NCBI GenBank assembly: GCA_043228905.1
Contig: JBHGNT010000014.1
Coordinates: forward strand, 20,894,001 to 20,958,000
Reading direction: 5' to 3'
DNA from: Azolla caroliniana
Lineage: Eukaryota > Plantae > Polypodiophyta
Length of the DNA: 64,000 bases
In this document: one piece after another, positions 43,201 through 56,000 of the stretch
Layout of the letters: every line of letters starts with the position of its first letter
Numbering within the stretch: the stretch's first letter is position 1
Notes under the pieces: generated by a model
Database searches by the model: none
The model's input: the letters and a program-made list of their open reading frames with translations, nothing else
Told to the model about the DNA's origin: nothing
Program-made: the position numbers and the translations under genes

Positions 43201-43949
43201 GTCGAAGACAGCCGATTCGGATCAACAGACAGATCCGGATGAGTTGGATCAACGAGAGGCCAAGGAGACACAGACGCAGCGGAAGTCGATGCCATCGCGG
43301 AGGAACCAACGGATCGGCAAGTGCCGGAGTCATAGCAGCGAAGGAGCTGAGATGGGCCTATTTAGCAGACATGCCGAAGGTCGAGGTGCGCAGAACCAAA
43401 GGGGTCGCGGCAAACGGGACCGGACCGGACAAGGAGCGCAAGCAAGGCGAAGCGACGCCAGGAGAAGTCGGTTGGAAGAACCGGCTGCCACAGAGGTTGA
43501 CACTACGACCCTACCTCAGGTTGAGCTTGAGGGGTAGTGTTGAGCGGCAAGCTCAACCGGAGCCGGATCGGCTGAATAAGCCTGAGCCGGTAAGCGAGAT
43601 GAATCGGTATGCCGGTGAGCAACTGAGCCGGTAAGCAGTAAAGACTGGTGAGCTGGGGAGCCGGTATGCCGGATCCAATCTGTAACCGGAAGCCTAGTAT
43701 AGGTTAGACTACTAGACAGTTATAGTCTCGTAGTTAGTGTCAAATGCTCGTGTGAGCATTGAAGTACACCGTACTTCTAACAGTCCCGTGTGGACTTGTA
43801 TAAATAGCTGATGAGCGCGTTGTAGATACAGAGCACCGAGTATTCATATAATTTTGGAAAATAGTGTGTTTTGCTCTCTCTCTCTCTCTGTCTGTCTCTC
43901 CCGCGTACTCTCTCTCTCTCTCTCTCTTTGTGTATTGTTCTTTCTAACG
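40280..43949 (+). mobile_element. Copia E, 5'-truncated (INT-RT-RH plus 3' LTR), inside Gypsy D
   Basis: Begins in integrase (KIKCLRSDGGKEY); RT ILLYVDDLVI, RH TDADWAG...KHIELHYHFVRE; in-frame stops at 41417 and 42260. PPT at 43526-43537, LTR 43538-~43949 (TGTTG...TAACG). The 5' half is deleted. Confidence 0.88.
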
Positions 43950-46900
43950 CTTCCGCAAGCAATCTTTTACAATCTCGAACTCGATGGTTTTTGACCAATC
44001 GTCCACGAGAGGACTGCCTTTTTGTTCATGAACTTTTTGTGTGTATGCTTTGATGTGGAAGGTTTTGTTGTTTTTACGCATATAGATTGTATCATTCTCA
44101 AAGTCCATCACAAGGCGGCTTACACGTAGGAATGGCCTCCCTAGTAAACACTCGTAAGCCACATGGTTGGATGATCTTGTGACGACGAAGGTGAGATTGA
44201 ACTTGACCCCGTGATTAGTGAAGTGGTGTGCAGGGATCATGCCTTCTGGCCGTTGGATAGACCCATCTGCCATTCAGAGTTTGACGTCCGAAGGAAGCAT
44301 TTTTGGGCTCCCCCACTAACACCAACATTCGCAGTTGACTATGCTTACCCCCACTCCAGTGTTGATGATCGTGTCACACGTTGTGCTGTTGACGCAAACG
44401 GGGAGAGTGAAACTAGTGTTGCCGCTCTCGAAATGAGCTCCACATATATCTATCAGCGTTCCTTTGGGTTGTTTGGGGACTATGGTCGTATGAGGGATGT
44501 GGGTGTGTATCTTCTCTCCATAACATGCTGACAGGCCTCCATTGAGGCGGCGAAGGACGTCATGCCATGGTTGGATGTCGAGTTTGAGCAACTCTTCAAG
44601 TGTGAACTCTATTTCTTTGGCGAGTATAGGTCGTAGTTTGGGGTTGTTGGTCACGAAGGTGCCGATGTAGCTCTGTACTTCGCGTAATGTTAGTCGTAAT
44701 TTAAAATTTAATATTTGTTGGAGCAGGATTGTGTTGACTTCTTTGATTGGGGTAGATTGGGGTAGATTGGGATGGGGGGGTCGGTTGGTGTTACGACAAG
44801 GGGGGGTTTACCCGTGTGTTGGGGTGGAGGATTTACCAAATCTTCGAGTTGGTCGAAGTTTAGGCTCGGGAGACTAAGCGACCCTTCGAATTGTTCGTGG
44901 CGTATGAGTTTGATGTACTCTTTGACCTTTTGTTTTTCAGCCATTGGGTTTGGGTATGCTGCTAAGTGTGCTGACAGCTCTTGGTTAGGGTTGACATCTA
45001 TCGTTTCTATGTCTCCCGCTGGTTCTTGATCTTGCTTTGAGGTCTGTGTGGATGCATTTTTTTTGGATTTTCGTCTCTTACACGTTGTCGAGGTATTCCT
45101 CGCGGATGCGTGGAGTGAGGCGGAACCTCTGAGGTCCTGTACCAAAGAGCAAGAGAGGAAGGAGTAGAGACCCTCTACGTGCGTGCGTAGATCCACAGGG
45201 ACACGGCCCTTCGACGCAAAGACGCAAGTGGGACAGCGACACAGAAAGACACGAATGTATGTATGTATTAACAAGGACAAACAACAAGAACACGAAGATA
45301 ACAAAACCACGAAGTCGGTTATAACCGAACAGGCCGGCGAACAGATGCCGATGCCTGTTCGTAAACGTACAGAAAGACAGGAGCAGGTTGGAGGTGCTGC
45401 CGGAAGCACTCGGGCATTCCTCAGAGCAGCGCGAGCCTCCCGAAACCTGCACAAAAGGAAGCTATGGAGTTTGCGAACCAGAGAGAGAGAGAGAAGCCTT
45501 CGCGCGCAAACCGACAGCACTTCGTCCTCGACTCTCCGCGCTCCCCTTTCCCCTCCTCGTCTCCCTCCTTTTTATAGGCGAGGAAGGAGCCGTTTCCCCT
45601 TTACTTCCTACCCACCTAGGATCTTCTATGGACAACATTCGAGAAGAGCCGGTTCCTACGCTCCTCTGCACCGATTCCACTTATGGACGGTTTTCTTCAC
45701 GACATCCGCCCCCACCTAACCTCGCATCCACCGGCATGCGCCAAATTGAGTTGGGACGGAGAAAACCGGTCCAGCCTTCATTCCCCGCCCGTCGGTTCTT
45801 CCTCGGTTTCCAATCGTTCGTCGTCGCGGTCCAGCCCAACCGGATCCGGCTCGTCGTCCTGACGCTTCTTGAACGCTTTGATCCGCTTCCCCGCTACCGG
45901 TATCGCCATTCTCGTACCGTCGAGTTCCGCTAGATGGTACGTCTCGTTGTCGTTGGCGCTTTGTACCACGTAAGGCCCGAACCACCTTCTTGCGAACTTC
46001 CGTGTCGCTCGGTGCTGGTTGTCAAGGCTACTGTCGTAGACTAGCACCTAGTTGCCTTCCTCGATCTTCTTCGGTCGGAGCCGGTGTGTCCGGTCGAACC
46101 GGGCTTTGTTCCTCATCCGTGCTTCCCGGAGCTTTTCCGCAGCCTGCTCCACGTCCTCCGGTCTTCGCTCGAGCTGTCGTATGCGCGCCGCCAACAGTTC
46201 CTCCCGGCTCATCTCGTCTCTCCAGTCCACGGTTGCCCATGAGGAGATCGTACGTTCCATCGGCATGACCGGCTTCTGCCCAAACATGAGTTCTGCTGGC
46301 ATGAATCCGGTTACCGAACTGTGCGTAGTTCGGTCCGCCCACAACGCGTAAGGCAACAGCCGCGGCCAGTTCCCGACTTGACCTCCGCATGCCCGAACTA
46401 ACGCCTTGACGATCGGTTCGTGTCCGCGCTCCACCTTTCCATTCGCCTCCGGATTGTACGCAGTGGTAAGCGAGAGCTTGACTCCTAGCCGGTCGAACAG
46501 CTCCTCGGCCTCTTCGGCGTCCAACTCCCCGCGATCAGCCACGATTTTCCCGACGCACCCGTACCGGCATATCACGTTGTCGAGATATTTCGCAAGTGCG
46601 TGTGGAGATGAGGCGGGACCGCGGGGGTCTCGAACCAAAGAGCAAGCGAGGGAGGAGAAAGAGGGAGAACCGGCTACGCAGGACCGGGGATTCACAGGGA
46701 CACGGCCCTTCACCACGGAGAACGCGAACAGACACCGACACAGACAGACGCGAACGACTAAAGATGTATATTAACAAAAATGGCTAACACGACTACAACC
46801 CTCGATGGGGCACAGGTTGGTTACAACCGAACAGGCCGGCGAACAGATGTCGATGCCTGTTCGCTTCGACGCACAAACGGGGTAGCCGGTCGGAGGTGCT

Positions 46901-47441
46901 GCCGGAAGCACTCGGGCGTTCCTCGAAACAGCGCGAGCCTCCTCGGAACCCTGCACAGAAAGCTATGGAGCTCAAGAAGGAAGGAAACAGAGAGAGAAGC
47001 GTCCAGAAACGGTCCGACAGCACTTCGTCCTCTCTGCGCGAGATGCCTGCAACAGCTCTTTCCTGCTCCTTATATAGGCCGACGAGCAGGCCGTCATGTC
47101 AGCTTTATTCCCTGTCCCTTTTGGACAGGGATCCGCTCCGTTCTTCACGCATCCGCGTAGTTACGCCGCCGACTCGTACAGTTCCTTAACTCGCGCGCGC
47201 GACCGAAAAGACTGTTCGCGCGGTGTTTGTCTCCACTTGTGTTAGGGCCCGTTCCTGCCGATTATCCTCCTAATTCGCTTTTATGTACAACTTGGAGCTT
47301 GCGCGCGTGAAGAACCGGTTCCCACGCCTAGGTGCACCGATTCCGCCTATGGACGGTTTTCTTCGCGACATCCGCCCCCACCTAACCGCGCATCCTCCGG
47401 TATGCGCCAAGAGAGTTGGGACGGAGAAAACCGGCCCGTCT

Positions 47442-50400
47442 TCATTCCTCGCCCGTCGGTTCTTCCTCGTTTCCGGATCGTTCGTCACTGCTGACTAGGA
47501 GAGCCGGGTCCGGCTCGTCGTCATGTCGCTTCTTGAACCCTTTGATCCGCTTCCCTGCAACCGGTATTGCCACTCTCGTGCCGTCGAGTTCCGCCAGGTG
47601 ATATGTCCCGTTGTCATTGGCGCTCCGTACCACGTAAGGCCCGAACCACCTTCGTGCGAACTTCCGTGTGGCTCGGTGCTGGTTGTCGAGGCTGCTGTCG
47701 TAGACGAGCACCCAGTCACCTTCTTCGATTTTCTTCGGTCGGAGCCGGTGCATTCGGTCGAACCTGGCTTTGTTCTTTGTCCTCGCCACCTGGAGCTTCT
47801 CCGTAGCCAGTTCCACGTCCTCCGGTCTCCGCTCGAGTTGTCGTATACGCGCGGCCAACAACTCCTCCCGGCTCATCTCGTCCCTCCAATCGACCGTTGC
47901 CCATGAGGAGATCGTCCGTTCCATCGGCATGATCGGCTTCTGGCCGAACATGAGCTCCGTCGGCATGTACCCGGTTACCGAACTGTGCGTGGTCCGGTCT
48001 GCCCACAAAGCATAAGGTAGCAGCCGCGGCCAGTTACCGACTTGGCCTCCGCATGCCCGAACCAACGCCTTGACGATCGGCCCGTGTCCGCGCTCCACCT
48101 TGCCATTCGCCTCCGGATTGTACGCAGTGGTGAGCGAGAGCTTGACTCCCAGCCGGTCGAACAGCTCCGCGGCTTCTTCGGCGTCCAACTCCCCTCGGTC
48201 AGCCACGATCTTCCCGACGCACCCGTACCGGCATACCACGTCCTCGATTAGGAACCGACAAACGGCCGCGGTCGTTTTGTTCGGAAGGGCCCGGCCTTCC
48301 ACCTGGTTCGTCAGATCCTCCCGCGCTAGGACCAGGTACCGCATCTGTCCTACTCCCATTGGCATCGTTACCAGATCTACCATCCATTTGAAATGGATGG
48401 CCGGAGGGTACGTAGGGTGGAGCTCGTCTCGATGTCGGACTATGGAGTGCATCTGACAGCTCTCGCAAGTTGTCACGAACTGATGCACGTCCTGGTACTG
48501 CCCCGGCCACCAATACTTCCCCTTCAGTTTCTCAAACGTAGCCCATGTTCCACGGTGTCCAGCCCAAGGGCTGTCGTGGTAGGCCGCTAGCAGCTCCTCC
48601 TGATCTTCCTTCATTGCCACCACCCGGAGCGGGACGCCGTTCCTCCTCTTCGGGTGCTTCCACAAGTATCCGTCCCGGAGAAAGAACCGGTACGCTTTCT
48701 TCCGGATCCGGTTGGCCTCGTCCTTCGTCCATGACGCATCGGGCGTCATTGTCTTCAAAAACCCACCGATCTGCAGCCACTCCCCGTCGTACTTGCTCGC
48801 GTCGAAGTCGTTAAGCGCCGGAGTGCTTGTCCCGTCGGTTGTTACATACGCAGTCTCGAAGAAGTCCACGCCGACCTCTTCGTCCTCCGAAATCATGCCG
48901 CTCTCGTCATCGAATCTCGCCCTCGAAAGCATGTCGGCCATGGCGTTGTCTTTCCCGGAAATGTGTCGTATTCCCGGGTCCAGGGACTTGATGTACGCTA
49001 TCCACCTGAGCATTGCCAGGTCCGGCGTCGCGCATCCGGAAACCATGCCGAGAATCGGCATGCAATCCGTCTCTATGATTACCTCTGTCCCGATCAGATA
49101 GTCCTTGTCGGCTTTCACCGCCGAAACGATACCCCAGAGTTCGCGTTTAACCTGGGCGTATCCTCGCTGCCGTTCGCTGAGGACCTTCGCGCCGAATCGG
49201 ATCGGAAACCGATTGCCGTCCTCATCTTCTTGGTTGACGACCCACCCGATTCCGGTCGGACTCGTGTCAACCGTTATGTACACTGGGGTGCCCTTTCTGT
49301 AGACGGCCTTTCGGAGCGCCGGTGCTGCCGAGAGAGCCTCCTTCAGCTTCCGGACCGACTCCTTGTGCTTGTCTAGCCATTCGAATCTTCGCCCTTTCCT
49401 CAATAATCCGTATAGCGGCTCCGCAACATGGGCGTAATGCGGGATCCATATGTGGTAGAATGCGCATGCCCCCAGGAATCTACGTACTTCCGTGACCGAG
49501 CCGCAGTCGGGCTTCATCGCGGAGATGGCTTCTACCTTTGCCGGAGACGGTTTCCGGCCATATGGCCCACATAAGTGTCCGACCACCATGATTTCCGACT
49601 GCCCGAAGGCTGATTTCTCCCCCGAGAAGGTGAGCCTCGCATCCTCTAGCCTTTGCAGCACCTTCTCGCAGTCGTCGATGTGCGCCATCACGAATCGCCG
49701 GCATCCGTCCGGCCCGACCGTCTCGTCCTTCTCTTCTACCGGGCATCCCTTGATCGGGATGTCGTCTAAAAACGGCATGGTGATGTCCGGGATGCAGTCC
49801 CTCAGCACCTTGTTCATCGCATTCACCATGTGGGCCACCGAGTTGGTCCCTCCTTGCGGCAGCGTACACATCCGCACTAGGCCGAGGGGAGTTCGCATCG
49901 TCGTAATGTCTCTGCTTTCCACGGCTAGCTAGAACTGGTCGTACCCTGAGTATAGATCACCGACCGAGTAAATCGACCTTCCGGCGAAGGCCTCCGCGAA
50001 CTCGTCTATGGTCGGTCCGATCCCTGCGTTCCGAATGGTCACTCTATTGACCGGCTGCAGGTCCTGAATGAAGCGCAATGATCCGTTTTTCTTTGGCACG
50101 GTAAACCAGCGGTTTGAATACGGGGCGCTCGACGGCTCGAGAATGCCCATATCAACTTTCTGCTTCAACAGCTCCATCAACTTCGGGATGTGAGCTCTCG
50201 GAACCGAAATTGGCTTGAGATTCCACGGTACATGCGGTACCGTGAATATCACCATCGGCTCTACGATCGTCGGGTCCACGCACCCGATTTCCTCCGGCGA
50301 GAATGCGAAGGCTTTCCCGTGCCTTCCGAGCATTCTCCGGAACCGGTCTTCCTCCGCCGGCAGTAGGAACCCGCCCCCACCGATCTTCAGCTCGCGGAGC

Positions 50401-50930
50401 GTCTCGTTGGTGAAGGTGTGTCCTATGCAGGCCCGATCTCGTAAGCTGGGGTCCGATGCAACCCCTTTAATCCGGGATTCACTGCCCTCCGGTAAGGGCG
50501 CCGCAACTGGCCTCACCTTCCGGTCCACCGTCTTGTACTTGGTGCTCACTCGGGCCGTCCGTTCCGACTCGAGCCCTCGACCGAAGTCCGCGATGACTTC
50601 GTACATTTCTTCGGAACATACCGGTATCGTCCGGTCTTCGTTAAGGTCTTCTTCGACTACCTTCCCCAGCATTCCCAAGGTGTCGTCGAAAGAGACTGCC
50701 TCCACGGCTCCGTTGATTCCTTCGTCAGGGCCGAGAACTCCGCATGCCCGAAGTCTCCCCTCCGTCTTTGTTTTCTCTCGGCCGGTGATGCCGACCATCG
50801 TACATGCTCCGCTGTCGGAGAAGCAAAATTTCCTACCTATTGTACACGGTTTTATCGTACAGATGTGGGGTTTTCCCGGAGCATCCGGACTGTCGCGGCC
50901 CCACGCCTTGGCAGTCCTCTCTAAAAATCC
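47442..50930 (-). CDS. Gypsy G Pol (RT-RH-INT), entered in the -1 frame; one premature stop at 49929
   Basis: Open frame from GGA at 50930. Motifs YSNRWFTVPKKNG, FIQDLQPVN, GDLYSGYDQF, LPQGGTNSVA, PFLDDIPIKG, VDTSPTGIG, HISGKDNAMADMLSR, HDSPWAGH...CESCQ, ADRGE, YNPEANGKVER, WFGPY. No chromodomain. Confidence 0.9.
50865..50930 (-). promoter_or_regulatory. Putative -1 ribosomal frameshift signal (G_GAU_UUU + pseudoknot); second copy at 56497-56563
   Basis: G GAT TTT TAG ends gag; a 6-nt spacer precedes the stem GGACTG/CAGTCC, whose loop GTGGGG can pair with a downstream CCCCAC. The same layout is present in Gypsy F. Confidence 0.75.
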
Positions 50931-53047
50931 TCTCGGTTTTCGGAACCGAGGGAATCGCGGTTACGTTCGTGGTTCGGCCGTACCGTCAGAAACTGGACCG
51001 AATGGCGCCCGTCTTGGCTTTTGACCCTTGCGTAGGCCGAACCATTGTCCAGCACTTTGGTCTCCATTTGCGCCGCCGTGATGTACGGCTCTCCCAGAAT
51101 GACCGGATGCGAAGACGTCTCCTGCACGAAGAAGTGCTGGTCAATCTCGACGTCGCCGATCTTGACTCGCACATTCGGACAGGCCCCGTGCAGTTCCTCG
51201 GTGGCGCGCGTTGCTGCCCTTATTTTCCACCCGTGCTTGGTGTTGATCGGCCATTTGCCCTTCTTATAGAAGTCCATGGACATCAAATTGATCTCCGATC
51301 CGTGGTCCACCAAAGCTATCACCGGTTCCTGGACATCGCCGATCTTTACCGGGGTTTCCGTGGTCGCTCGGGCCCAGTGTGGTCTCGAATAGTGGCTTTC
51401 CGCCCACTCGTCTCCCAGCGCCATGTCGTCTAGGTGCGTCGTCCGCACTTCCACCGGTCTTTCCGGTTCTGTCTCCGTCGACAGCCTCTTCCGTTTCACC
51501 AAGTCCACGATGGAGTCGTGGAACTCCTTCTTGGCGATTCCCAGCACCTCTCGTAACGACAGCTCCACCTTGCTGTCGAGGATCCGTTCCTCCAGGACCT
51601 TTCGTAAGTCCGTGGTCCTTTCTATCTCCGTCCCCAGACGGTACCCGCCCTTCTGGGGTTTATCTTGCGTACCGGCCCCGCCGGCTTCGTCCCGTCGTGG
51701 CCCGGACCGGGTCTCGTATCGTTGTGAGGGCCCGGTCGTCCCGGGTCTCCCCACCCGCTTCTCTTCTACCAGAGCCTCGTAGTTCTGGCAAGCGGCTTCC
51801 GCGAAGCCCGTCCTTTCCTCGACCGGGTCGCTCCACCCGGTCATCTCCCGTACCCGTTTCTCCGCACGGTCCGATTCCTCCCCTTTAAGCCTTGCACCGG
51901 CAAGGCCTTCCAGCATCGTCGGCCAAAATCCGGCTTTGCTTTCCCTTCGGGCCTCGCCGCCCCCGACTCGAATGCCGGCCGACGCCGAGTAGTGGACGGT
52001 TTCCGCGTGTCGGGCCGCCGCCTCTTCCATCAACCTTTTCATACCACCTTTTCCGTCGTTTCGGCTCAGGGCCCTTCGGGTGTCGCTGGCATGCACCCGT
52101 CCTTCCCACAGGTACACCACCCTGTTCCTCAGCGCCTCCGCGAAGTCGCCGCAGTCCTTCCGAATGTGGCCGACTTCATCGCACCACATGCACCTGTTTC
52201 CTGCCGCCGGCCGTCGGTCACGAGCTGGTTCGCCTCCTTCCCTTCGGGCCTGCGCGATTTGGAGGTCCTTTATCGCCTTCGTCAATTCCTCCAGCGCCGC
52301 TCCTCCGGTTGAGCCTCTGACTACGCCGGTCGAAGCCGAACCGGTATCCAACCACTCTCGGGTCTCTTCCTTTCGCACCTGTGGCGCTGGTTCGAGCTTC
52401 CTTGCTGCGACCGAGCCCGACCCGGTTGCACCGTTATCCGCCCATTCTCGCCGTTTGTCGAAACGGCCACAGACCTTCCTGACAGCCGCCCAGTCGGTAG
52501 TGAGCCCGTCTTCGGTTTCCAGCAAGAGGCCCACGTGCTCCCGATCCCGTTCGTCGACCGACTTGACAAACAGCAAGACCCGGCTCGTGTCCAGGATGGT
52601 TCGGTCGAGCGCCGAAAGGCGCGCAAAGTTTTCCTCGAACTCCCGGAGGAGCGCCGACGCGTTTCTTCCCTTCCCCGGGGACTCCACCCATTCCATGAAC
52701 CTTCGCTTCGAAAGCCGGAGCGCGTCGTCCAGCCCGTATTTCTCTAGGAGCCGACCTTCGAACTCCTCCCAGGTACGGCTCTCCGTCCGCACCTCGAGCA
52801 CCTCCGCATGGATGCTCGGCATCGCCACTCAGGGAAATCCGGCAAGACGCCTTTCTTCCGGAATGTCCCGCATCAGCATCTCTGCACCGTAGGACGCCAA
52901 ATACTTCGTGGCATCCTTCCCATCGAACCGGCCGATCGTGCCGACGACCGCCTCAATAGCTCTGTCGAGGGCACCGGTGATCTCGCGCGCGTTTACAATC
53001 CGATCCACGGCCGAAGCCATGGCCTCTGCGAGATCCGACCCCCTCAT
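50921..53047 (-). CDS. Gypsy G Gag-protease ORF (one premature stop at 52829)
   Basis: MRGSDLAEAM...FDGKDATKYL..., zinc knuckle CMWCDEVGHIRKDC, protease ALVDHGSEINLM...VILGEPY, ending ENREDF*. The internal TGA corresponds to CGA (R) in Gypsy F. Confidence 0.85.
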
Positions 53048-53069
53048 CTTCTGCTCTTCTGCCGCCTCT

Positions 53070-53087
53070 TTCACGTCGGGTTCACCA
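53070..53087 (-). promoter_or_regulatory. Primer-binding site complementary to tRNA-Trp (identical site at 58701-58718)
   Basis: Minus strand TGGTGAACCCGACGTGAA, 4 nt after the 5' LTR. It is complementary to ...TTCACGTCGGGTTCACCA, the 3' end of plant cytosolic tRNA-Trp(CCA) as recalled from memory. Confidence 0.8.
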
Positions 53088-56000
53088 AAGATGTCGAGAT
53101 ATTTCGCAAGTGCGTGTGGAGATGAGGCGGGACCGCGGGGGTCTCGAACCAAAGAGCAAGCGAGGGAGGAGAAAGAGGGAGAACCGGCTACGCAGGACCG
53201 GGGATTCACAGGGACACGGCCCTTCAGCACGGAGAACGCGAACAGACACCGACACAGACAGACGCGAACGACTAAAGATGTATATTAACAAAAATGGCTA
53301 ACACGACTACAACCCTCGATGGGGCACAGGTTGGTTACAACCGAACAGGCCGGCGAACAGATGCCGATGCCTGTTCGCTTCGACGCACAAACGGGGTAGC
53401 CGGTCGGAGGTGCTGCCGGAAGCACTCGGGCGTTCCTCGAAACAGTGCGAGCCTCCTCGGAACCCTGCACAGAAAGCTATGGAGCTCAAGAAGGAAGGAA
53501 ACAGAGAGAGAAGCGTCCAGAAACGGTCCGACAGCACTTCGTCCTCTCTGCGCGAGATGCCTGCAACAGCTCTTTCCTGCTCCTTATATAGGCCGACGAG
53601 CAGGCCGTCATGTCAGCTTTATTCCCTGTCCCTTTTGGACAGGGATCCGCTCCGTTCTTCACGCATCCGCGTAGTTACGCCGCCGACTCGTACAGTTCCT
53701 TAACTCGCGCGCGCGACCGAAAAGACTGTTCGCGCGGTGTTTGTCTCCACTTGTGTTAGGGCCCGTTCCTGCCGATTATCCTCCTAATTCGCTTTTATGT
53801 ACAACTTGGAGCTTGCGCGCGTGAAGAACCGGTTCCCACGCCTAGGTGCACCGATTCCGCCTATGGACGGTTTTCTTCGCGACAACGTCCTCGATCAGGA
53901 ACCGACATACGGCCGCGGTCGTTTTGTTCTGAAGGGCCTGGCCTTCTACCTGGTTCATCAGATCTTCTCGAGCCAGGACCAGATACCGCATCTGTCCTAC
54001 TCCCATCGGCATCGTCACCAGGTCTACCATCCATTTGAAGTGGATGGTCGGAGGGTACGTAGGGTGAAGCTCGTCCCGATGTCGGACTACGGAGTGCATC
54101 TGACAGCTCTCACAAGTCGTCACGAACCGATGCACGTCCCGGTACAGTCCCGGCCACTAGTACTTCCCCTTTATCTTCTCGAACGTGGCCCACGTTCCAT
54201 GGTGTCCAGCCCAAGGGCTGTCGTGGTAGGCCGTCAGCAGCTTCTCCTGTTCTTCCTTCATTGCCACCACCCGGAGTGGGATGCCCGTTCCTCTTCTTCG
54301 GGTGCTTCCATAAGTATCCGTCCCGGAGAAAGAATCGGTATGCTTTCTTCCGGATCCGGTTTGCCTCGTCCCTCGTCCATGACGCATCCGACGTCATCGT
54401 CCTCAGAAACCCACCGATCTGGAGCCACTCGCCATCGTACTTGCTCTCGTCGAAGTCGTTAAGTGCCGGAGTGCTCGTCCCATCGGCCGTTATGTACGCT
54501 GCCTCGAAGAAGTCCACGCCGACTTCTTCGTCCTCCGAAACCATGCCGCCCTCGTCATCAAACCTTGCCCTCGAAAGCATGTCGGCCATGGCGTTGTCTT
54601 TTCCGGAAATGTGTCATATTTCCGGGTCCAGGGACTTGATGTACGCTATCCACCTGAGCATCGCCAGCTCCAGTGTCGCGCATCCGGAAACCATGCCGAG
54701 AATTGGCAGGCAATCCGTCTCAATAATTACTTCTGTCCCGATCAGGTAGTCTTTGTCGGCCTTTACTGCCGAAACGATACCCCAGAGTTCGCGTTTAACC
54801 TGGGCGTACCCTCGTTGTCGCTCACTGAGGACCTTCGCGCCGAATCGGATCGGGAACCGAATGTCGTCCTCGTCTTCTTGGTTGACGACCCATCCGATCC
54901 CAGTCGGACTCGTATCCACCGTTATGTATACCGGGGTACCCTTCCCGTAGACAGCCTTCCGGAGCGCCGGTGCTACCGCAAGAGCTTCCTTCAGCTTCCG
55001 GACCGACTCCTTGTGCTCGTCTCGCCATTCAAATTTTCGCCCTTTCTTCAGCAACCCGTATAGCGGCTCCGCAACGTGGGCGTAATGCGGGATCCATATG
55101 TGGTAGAATGCGCATGCCCCCAGGAACCTCCGAACTTCCGTAACCGAGCTACAGTCGGTCGTCATCGCGGAGATGGCTTCTACCTTTGCCGGAGACGGCT
55201 TCCGGCCATATGGCCCACATAGGTGTCCGACTACCAGGATTTCCGATTGCCCGAAGGCCGATTTCTCCCCGGAGAAGGTGAGCCTCGCATCCTCTAGCCT
55301 TTGTAGCACCTTCTCGCAGTCGTCGATGTGTTTCGCCACGAATCGCCGGCATCCGTCCGGCCCGACTGTCTCGTCCCTCTCTTCCACCGGGCACCCTTTG
55401 ATAGGGATGTCGTCTAGAAACGGCATGGTGATTTCCGGGATGCAATCCCTCAGTACCTTGTTCATTGCATTCACCATGTGGGCCACCGAGTTGGTCCCTC
55501 CTTGTGGCAGGGTACACATTCGCACTAGGCCGAGAGGAGTTCGCATCGTCGTAATGTCTCTGCTCTCCACGGCTAGCTGGAACTGGTCGTACCCCGAGTA
55601 CAGATCACCGACCGAGTAAATCGACCTTCCGGCGAAGGCCTCCGCGAACTCGTCTATGGTCGGTCCGATTCTTGCGTTCCGAATGGTCACTCTGTTGACC
55701 GGCTGCAGGTCTTGAATGAAGCGCATCGTTCCGTTTTTCTTTGGTACGGTAAACCATCGGTTCGAGTATGGGGCACTCGACGGTTCGAGAATGCCCATAT
55801 CTACTTTCTGCCTCAATAGCTCCATCAACTTCGGGATGTGAGCTCTCGGTACTGGAATCGGCTTGAGATTCCACGGCACATGCGGTACCGTGAATATCAC
55901 CATCGGCTCCACGATCGTCGGGTCTGCGCACCCGATCTCGTCCGGTGAGAATGCGAAGGCTTTCCCGTGCCTTCCAAGCATTCTCCGAAACCGGTCTTCC

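Larger units (their letters stand above)
46578..53884 (-). mobile_element. Gypsy G (Ylt1-like), young full-length element nested in the integrase of Gypsy F
   Basis: 793-bp LTRs at 46578-47370 and 53092-53884 (3 differences by eye), ACGT TSD (46574-46577 / 53885-53888), PBS 53070-53087, PPT at 47371-47386. Confidence 0.96.
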
